From NCBI RefSeq assembly GCF_009914755.1, contig NC_060948.1: a stretch of DNA of 64,000 nt, one strand, 5' to 3'. The DNA comes from the human T2T-CHM13v2.0 reference genome, Homo sapiens. Under the pieces are notes generated by a model, which was not told the origin of the DNA, ran no database searches, and worked only from the letters and a program-made list of their open reading frames with translations. Shown here piece after piece: positions 56,601 through 64,000 of this stretch (position 1 is the stretch's first letter; each line of letters starts with the position of its first letter). Position numbers and translations under genes: made by a program.

Positions 56601-59600
56601 CAATTTAATAAAATAGGATCAAATGTAATGGAATGGAATGGAAAGGAATCGAAACGAAAGGAATGGAGACAGATGGAATGGAATGGAACAGAGAGCAATG
56701 GTATAGAATGGAATGGAATCATCTGGAATGGAATTGAATGGAATGGAATGATATGAAATGGAATGGAATGGAATGGAATGGAATGGAATGCCCTTGAATT
56801 AAATGGACTGGACTCGAACAGAGTGGAATGGAAAGTGTGGAGATAGAATGGAATGAACTCCTTTGGGATGGTCTAGTAGGCAATGCAATCGACTGGCAGG
56901 GAATCAAAAGGAATGTAATCGAATGGATTGGACTGGAATGCAATGGACTCGAATAGATTGGGAACGGAATGCAAAGAATGGAATGGAATAGTATGGAATG
57001 GAATGGAAAGGAATGGAGTGGAATAGACTAGAGTGGAATGGAATGGACTGGAAAGCAATGGACTGGAATGGAACTTTGTTGAATGGACTGGAATCAAACG
57101 GAATGGAATGCAATGCAATCAAATGGCATGGAATAAAATAGAATGAAAGAGAATCAAATGGAATTGAATCGAATGGAATCGAATGGATTGGAAAGGAATA
57201 GAATGGAATGGAATGGAATTGACTCAAATGGAATGGACTAGAATGGAATGGATTCGAATGGAAGGCAAAGGAATGGAATCTATTGGTATGGACTGTAATG
57301 GAATGGAATGGAAGGGATTGGAATGGACTCGAATGGAATGGACTGCAATAGAAAGGATTCGAATGGAATGAAAAAGAATTGAATGGAATAGAACAGAATG
57401 GAATCAAATCGAATGAAATGGAATGGAATAGAAAGGAATGGAATGAAATGGAATGGAAAGGATTCGAATGGAATGCAATCGAATGGAATGGAATCGAACG
57501 GAATGGAATAAAATGGAAGAAAACTGGCAAGAAATGGAATCGAAATGAATGGAGTGTTATGGAACGGACTCAAAAGGAATTGAATGTAATAGATTGGAGT
57601 GGAGTGGACTCGAATATAATGGACTGGAATGGAATGAAATCACATGGAATGGGAACGAATGGAATGGAATGGAAAGGAATGGAATCGAATGGAAAGGAAT
57701 CGAATGGAAGGGAATGAAATTGAATCAACAGGAATGGAAGGGAATAGAATAGACGGTAATGGAATGGACTCGAATAGAATGGACACGAATGCTCAAATTG
57801 AATGGACTCGAATGGAATGGAAACGAAAGGAATGTCATCGAATGGAATTGAATGGATTGGAATGAAATCGCATAGAATGGAGTGGAATCAAATGGAATTG
57901 AATCGAAAGGAAAGGAAGCGAATGGACTGAAATGAAATGGAATGGAATTGAATGGAAAGTAATGCAATGGAATAGAATGGAACGAAATTTCACGGAATGG
58001 AATCAAACTGAATGGAATCAAATCAATGGAATCAAATCAAATGGAATGGAAAGGAATTGAATGGAGTAGATGGGATTGGATGGGATTGGAATGAAGTGTA
58101 CTGGAAAGGACTCGAATTTCATGAAACGGAATGGAATGAATTGGAACGGAATGGACTCGAATGGAATGGAATGTCATGGGATGGCATCAAATGGAATGGC
58201 ATCAAATGGAATGGAATCGAATGCAATGGAATGCTATGGAATGGAATGGAATGCATTGGAATGGAATGTCCTCTAATGGAATGGATTCGAGTGGAATGGA
58301 ATTGAATATAATGGAGTCGAATGAAATGGAATTGAAAGGAATGGGATCGAATACAATGGAATATACTGGAATGTAACGTAATGAACTCGAATGTAATTGA
58401 CTGGAATGGAATGTACATGAATGGAATGTAATCGAATGGAAAGTAATCCAATGGAATAGAATCTAATGCAATAAAATCGACTCAGATAGAGTAGAATGTA
58501 ATGGAATGGAGTGCAGTGCAATGGAATGGAATGGAATGGAATGCAATGGAATGGAATGGAATGGAATGGAATGGAATGGAATGGAATGGAATGGGATGGA
58601 ATGGTATGGAATGGGTAGTAATGGACTGGAGTGAAATGGACTGGAAAGGAATGGACTCAAATTGAAAGGGCTCGAAAGGAATGGAGTCAAATGGAATGGT
58701 CTGGAATGGAATGAACACGAATGTAATGCAACCCAATAGAATGGAATCGAATGGCATGGAATAGAAAGAAATGGAATCGAAGAGAATGGAAACAAATGGA
58801 ATGGAATTGAATGGAATGGGAACGAATGGAGTGAAATTGTATGCAGTAGAAGAGAATAGAATGGAATGCAAGCGAAAGGAAAGGAATGGATTGGAATGGA
58901 ATGGAATTCATTGGAATGGAAGGGAATGTAGTGTAATGGACAGGCCTGGAATAAAGTGGAATGCTACGGTCTCGAATGGAATAAAAATGTATGGAATGGA
59001 ATGCAATGAAACGGAATCGAATGTCATAGAATGTAATGGAATGCAAAAAAATGGAATCCAAAATCATTGACTGGAAAGGCTGGGTGTCGAAAGGAATTGA
59101 CTCCAATGGAATGGAATCGAATGGAATGGAAGTGAATAGAATCGAACTAAATCGAATGGAATGGAATTGATAGGAACGGAATGGAAAGGAATGCAATGAT
59201 TTGGCATGGAATGGAATCGAATGGCATCGAATGGAATGGAATGGAATGCAATGGAATGGAATGTATTAGAATGTAATGAACTTTAATGGAATGTACTCGA
59301 ATGGATTCGACTGGAATGGAATGTTCTGGAAGTGAATGGACTCCAATGGAATGGATTCAAAAGGAATGGAATCGTACGGAATGGAATCTAATGGAATGCA
59401 ATTAAATGGAAATGAATCAAATTGAATAGCACGGAATTGAATTGAATGGAATGGAATGCAATGGAATCTAATGAAACGGAAAGGAAAGGAATGGAATGGA
59501 ATGGAATGGGCTGGAATGGAAAGGAATCGAAACGAATGGAATGGAATCGAACTGAAGAGACTGGAATGGAATGCACTGGAATGGAAGGGAGTGTAATGGA

Positions 59601-60050
59601 AGGTTCTCGAAAAAAATGGAAACGAATGGAATGGAATTGAATGGAACGGAATAGAGTCGAATGGAATTGAATGGAATGGAATGGACTAGAGTGAAATGGA
59701 ATCGAACCACAAGGAATGGACAGGAATAGAATGGTCTCGAATTGAATGGAATCGTATGGAATGGCATCAAACGGAATGGAATGGACAGCCACGGAATGGA
59801 ATGCACTCGAATGCAATGGAGTCGAAACTAACGGACTGGAATAGAATGGACTCGACTGGTACGGACTCCAATGGAATGGAATCGAATGGAAGGGAATCGA
59901 ACGGAAGGGAATCGAACGGAATGGACTCGAAGGGAAAAGACTGCAATGGAAAGGTCTCGAATGGAATGGAAATTAATGGAATGGAATGGAGTCGAATGAA
60001 ATGGAGTCAAAAGGAATGGAATCGAATGGCAAGAAATCGAATGTAATGGA
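38700..60050 (+). repeat. Tandem duplication of a three-unit block (~10.68 kb higher-order repeat, 2 copies)
   Basis: Anchors 39388/42956/46499 recur at 50067/53635/57183 (offsets 10679, 10679, 10684), with many private variants shared at that offset. Start lies between ~38300 and ~39100. Confidence 0.88.
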
Positions 60051-63000
60051 ATCGCAAGGAATTGATGTGAACGGAACGGAATGGAATGGAATCCAAAGGA
60101 ATGGAATAGAATGGAATGGAATCGAATGGAAAGGACTCGAATGGAAATCACTCGAATAGAATGCAATTTAATAAAATAGGATCAAATGTAATGGAATGGA
60201 ATGGAAAGGAATCGAAACGAAAGGAATGGAGACAGATGGAATGGAATGGAACAGAGAGCAATGGTATAGAATGGAATGGAATCATCTGGAATGGAATTGA
60301 ATGGAATGGAATGATATGAAATGGAATGGAATGGAATGGAATGGAATGCCCTTGAATTAAATGGACTGGACTCGAACAGAGTGGAATGGAAAGTGTGGAG
60401 ATAGAATGGAATGAACTCCTTTGGGATGGTCTAGTAGGCAATGCAATCGACTGGCAGGGAATCAAAAGGAATGTAATCGAATGGATTGGACTGGAATGCA
60501 ATGGACTCGAATAGATTGGAAACGGAATGCAAAGAATGGAATGGAATAGTATGGAATGGAATGGAAAGGAATGGAGTGGAATAGACTAGAGTGGAATGGA
60601 ATGGACTGGAAAGCAATGGACTGGAATGGAACTTTGTTGAATGGACTGGAATCAAACGGAATGGAATGCAATGCAATCAAATGGCATGGAATAAAATAGA
60701 ATGAAAGAGAATCAAATGGAATTGAATCGAATGGAATCGAATGGATTGGAAAGGAATAGAATGGAATGGAATGGAATTGACTCAAATGGAATGGACTAGA
60801 ATGGAATGGATTCGAATGGAAGGCAAAGGAATGGAATCTATTGGTATGGACTGTAATGGAATGGAATGGAAGGGATTGGAATGGACTCGAATGGAATGGA
60901 CTGCAATAGAAAGGATTCGAATGGAATGAAAAAGAATTGAATGGAATAGAACAGAATGGAATCAAATCGAATGAAATGGAATGGAATAGAAAGGAATGGA
61001 ATGAAATGGAATGGAAAGGATTCGAATGGAATGCAATCGAATGGAATGGAATCGAACGGAATGGAATAAAATGGAAGAAAACTGGCAAGAAATGGAATCG
61101 AAATGAATGGAGTGTTATGGAACGGACTCAAAAGGAATTGAATGTAATAGATTGGAGTGGAGTGGACTCGAATATAATGGACTGGAATGGAATGAAATCA
61201 CATGGAATGGGAACGAATGGAATGGAATGGAAAGGAATGGAATCGAATGGAAAGGAATCGAATGGAAGGGAATGAAATTGAATCAACAGGATTGGAAGGG
61301 AATAGAATAGACGGTAATGGAATGGACTCGAATAGAATGGACACGAATGCTCAAATTGAATGGACTCGAATGGAATGGAAACGAAAGGAATGTCATCGAA
61401 TGGAATTGAATGGATTGGAATGAAATCGCATAGAATGGAGTGGAATCAAATGGAATTGAATCGAAAGGAAAGGAAGCGAATGGACTGAAATGAAATGGAA
61501 TGGAATTGAATGGAAAGTAATGCAATGGAATAGAATGGAACGAAATTTCACGGAATGGAATCAAACTGAATGGAATCAAATCAATGGAATCAAATCAAAT
61601 GGAATGGAAAGGAATTGAATGGAGTAGATGGGATTGGATGGGATTGGAATGAAGTGTACTGGAAAGGACTCGAATTTCATGAAACGGAATGGAATGAATT
61701 GGAACGGAATGGACTCGAATGGAATGGAATGTCATGGGATGGCATCAAATGGAATGGCATCAAATGGAATGGAATCGAATGCAATGGAATGCTATGGAAT
61801 GGAATGGAATGCATTGGAATGGAATGTCCTCTAATGGAATGGATTCGAGTGGAATGGAATTGAATATAATGGAGTCGAATGAAATGGAATTGAAAGGAAT
61901 GGGATCGAATACAATGGAATATACTGGAATGTAACGTAATGAACTCGAATGTAATTGACTGGAATGGAATGTACATGAATGGAATGTAATCGAATGGAAA
62001 GTAATCCAATGGAATAGAATCTAATGCAATAAAATCGACTCAGATAGAGTAGAATGTAATGGAATGGAGTGCAGTGCAATGGAATGGAATGGAATGGAAT
62101 GCAATGGAATGGAATGGAATGGAATGGAATGGAATGGAATGGAATGGAATGGGATGGAATGGTATGGAATGGGTAGTAATGGACTGGAGTGAAATGGACT
62201 GGAAAGGAATGGACTCAAATTGAAAGGGCTCGAAAGGAATGGAGTCAAATGGAATGGTCTGGAATGGAATGAACACGAATGTAATGCAACCCAATAGAAT
62301 GGAATCGAATGGCATGGAATAGAAAGAAATGGAATCGAAGAGAATGGAAACAAATGGAATGGAATTGAATGGAATGGGAACGAATGGAGTGAAATTGTAT
62401 GCAGTAGAAGAGAATAGAATGGAATGCAAGCGAAAGGAAAGGAATGGATTGGAATGGAATGGAATTCATTGGAATGGAAGGGAATGTAGTGTAATGGACA
62501 GGCCTGGAATAAAGTGGAATGCTACGGTCTCGAATGGAATAAAAATGTATGGAATGGAATGCAATGAAACGGAATCGAATGTCATAGAATGTAATGGAAT
62601 GCAAAAAAATGGAATCCAAAATCATTGACTGGAAAGGCTGGGTGTCGAAAGGAATTGACTCCAATGGAATGGAATCGAATGGAATGGAAGTGAATAGAAT
62701 CGAACTAAATCGAATGGAATGGAATTGATAGGAACGGAATGGAAAGGAATGCAATGATTTGGCATGGAATGGAATCGAATGGCATCGAATGGAATGGAAT
62801 GGAATGCAATGGAATGGAATGTATTAGAATGTAATGAACTTTAATGGAATGTACTCGAATGGATTCGACTGGAATGGAATGTTCTGGAAGTGAATGGACT
62901 CCAATGGAATGGATTCAAAAGGAATGGAATCGTACGGAATGGAATCTAATGGAATGCAATTAAATGGAAATGAATCAAATTGAATAGCACGGAATTGAAT

Positions 63001-63700
63001 TGAATGGAATGGAATGCAATGGAATCTAATGAAACGGAAAGGAAAGGAATGGAATGGAATGGAATGGGCTGGAATGGAAAGGAATCGAAACGAATGGAAT
63101 GGAATCGAACTGAAGAGACTGGAATGGAATGCACTGGAATGGAAGGGAGTGTAATGGAAGGTTCTCGAAAAAAATGGAATCGAATGGAATGGAATTGAAT
63201 GGAACGGAATAGAGTCGAATGGAATTGAATGGAATGGAATGGACTAGAGTGAAATGGAATCGAACCACAAGGAATGGACAGGAATAGAATGGTCTCGAAT
63301 TGAATGGAATCGTATGGAATGGCATCAAACGGAATGGAATGGACAGCCACGGAATGGAATGCACTCGAATGCAATGGAGTCGAAACTAACGGACTGGAAT
63401 AGAATGGACTCGACTGGTACGGACTCCAATGGAATGGAATCGAATGGAAGGGAATCGAACGGAAGGGAATCGAACGGAATGGACTCGAAGGGAAAAGACT
63501 GCAATGGAAAGGTCTCGAATGGAATGGAAATTAATGGAATGGAATGGAGTCGAATGAAATGGAGTCAAAAGGAATGGAATCGAATGGCAAGAAATCGAAT
63601 GTAATGGAATCGCAAGGAATTGATGTGAACGGAACGGAATGGAATGGAATCCAAAGGAATGGAATAGAATGGAATGGAATCGAATGGAAAGGACTCGAAT
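56500..63700 (+). repeat. Tandem duplication of one unit (type C), 3558 bp period
   Basis: Units anchored at 57183 and 60741 share atgatatg, ggactggactcg, ttgggatgg, ctttgttg, ttggtatgg, atagattggag, gaagtgtact and gggtagtaat. Confidence 0.82.
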
Positions 63701-64000
63701 GGAAATCACTCGAATAGAATGCAATTTAATAAAATAGGATCAAATGTAATGGAATGGAATGGAAAGGAATCGAAACGAAAGGAATGGAGACAGATGGAAT
63801 GGAATGGAACAGAGAGCAATGGTATAGAATGGAATGGAATCATCTGGAATGGAATTGAATGGAATGGAATAATATGAAATGGAATGGAATGGAATGGAAT
63901 GGAATGCCCTTGAATTAAATGGACTGGAATGGAATGGACTCAAACAGAGTGGAATGGAAAGTGTGGAGATAGAATGGAATGAACTCCTTTGGAATGGTCT

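Larger units (their letters stand above)
1..64000 (+). repeat. DYZ1: Human satellite III (HSat3) tandem array, (GGAAT)n/(CATTC)n-derived, ~3.56 kb unit; most likely DYZ1 of Yq12 heterochromatin
   Basis: Seen: every line is GGAAT pentamers and variants (CGAAT, GGACT, GCAAT, TGAAT). A single AGGCCT recurs at 2032, 5565, 9089, 12648, 16187, 19711, 23285, 26839, 30413, 33996, 37579, 41147, 44700, 48258, 51826, 55379, 58942 and 62500 (spacing 3524-3583 bp). The anchor ORF 'MDWKGIEW' recurs with 3519-3583 bp spacing, three times exactly 3564. Known: DYZ1 is the ~3.4-3.6 kb HaeIII/EcoRI pentamer repeat of human Yq, with a classical 3564 bp unit. Chromosomal assignment is inferred, not searched. Confidence 0.93.
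30900..64000 (+). repeat. About 9.3 more homogeneous units (class IV) with nested monomer and trimer duplications
   Basis: All complete units carry aactaacggac (from ~31278), tctagtaggc (from ~31911) and the 1-bp deletion gcaaagaatgg (from ~32010). All anchor spacings here are 3 mod 5 (3543-3583). Confidence 0.85.

Noticed and set aside
259-63877. Many + strand ORFs rich in MEWNG
   Set aside because: These are translations of (GGAAT)n, which supplies ATG every 5 bp and no stop. They overlap in all frames, recur every unit and are broken freely by substitutions.
1-64000. CRISPR-like or other repeat-spacer array
   Set aside because: There is no constant repeat separated by unique spacers; the variable segments are degenerate pentamers that recur identically every ~3.56 kb.
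1-64000. Embedded Alu/L1, DYZ2 (AT-rich plus Alu) unit, unique insertion or inversion
   Set aside because: Anchor spacing stays within 3519-3583 bp throughout, leaving no room for an insertion. No CATTC-oriented tract, poly(A) tail or AT-rich block was seen.
1-64000. HSat2 or the ~1.8 kb-period autosomal HSat3 subfamilies
   Set aside because: Pure GGAAT runs dominate rather than the HSat2 CATTCGATTC-type pattern, and unique landmarks (AGGCCT, ggctgggtgtcg, acagccacgg) occur once per ~3.56 kb.

Overview
The whole 64 kb window is one uninterrupted, single-orientation tandem array of (GGAAT)n-derived human satellite III. It is organised as about 18 head-to-tail copies of a 3.52-3.58 kb unit, each with one AGGCCT (StuI/HaeIII GGCC) site about 40 bp after a GAATTC (EcoRI) site. 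Unit length, pentamer content and single HaeIII site fit DYZ1 (HSat3, human Yq12 heterochromatin); this assignment rests on recall, not a database search. I see no genes, RNA genes, transposons or CRISPR arrays, and all listed ORFs are translations of the pentamer. I found no new coding system. The informative signal is the array's internal history, read by eye from diagnostic variants: a divergent subfamily at the left end (about 1-7.1 kb), a 7.1 kb dimer duplication, a subfamily switch near 31 kb, a 10.68 kb trimer duplication followed by a monomer duplication (ABC-ABC-C), mosaic units, indels mostly in 5/10/15 bp steps, and six GG>TT doublet substitutions in the left 18 kb.
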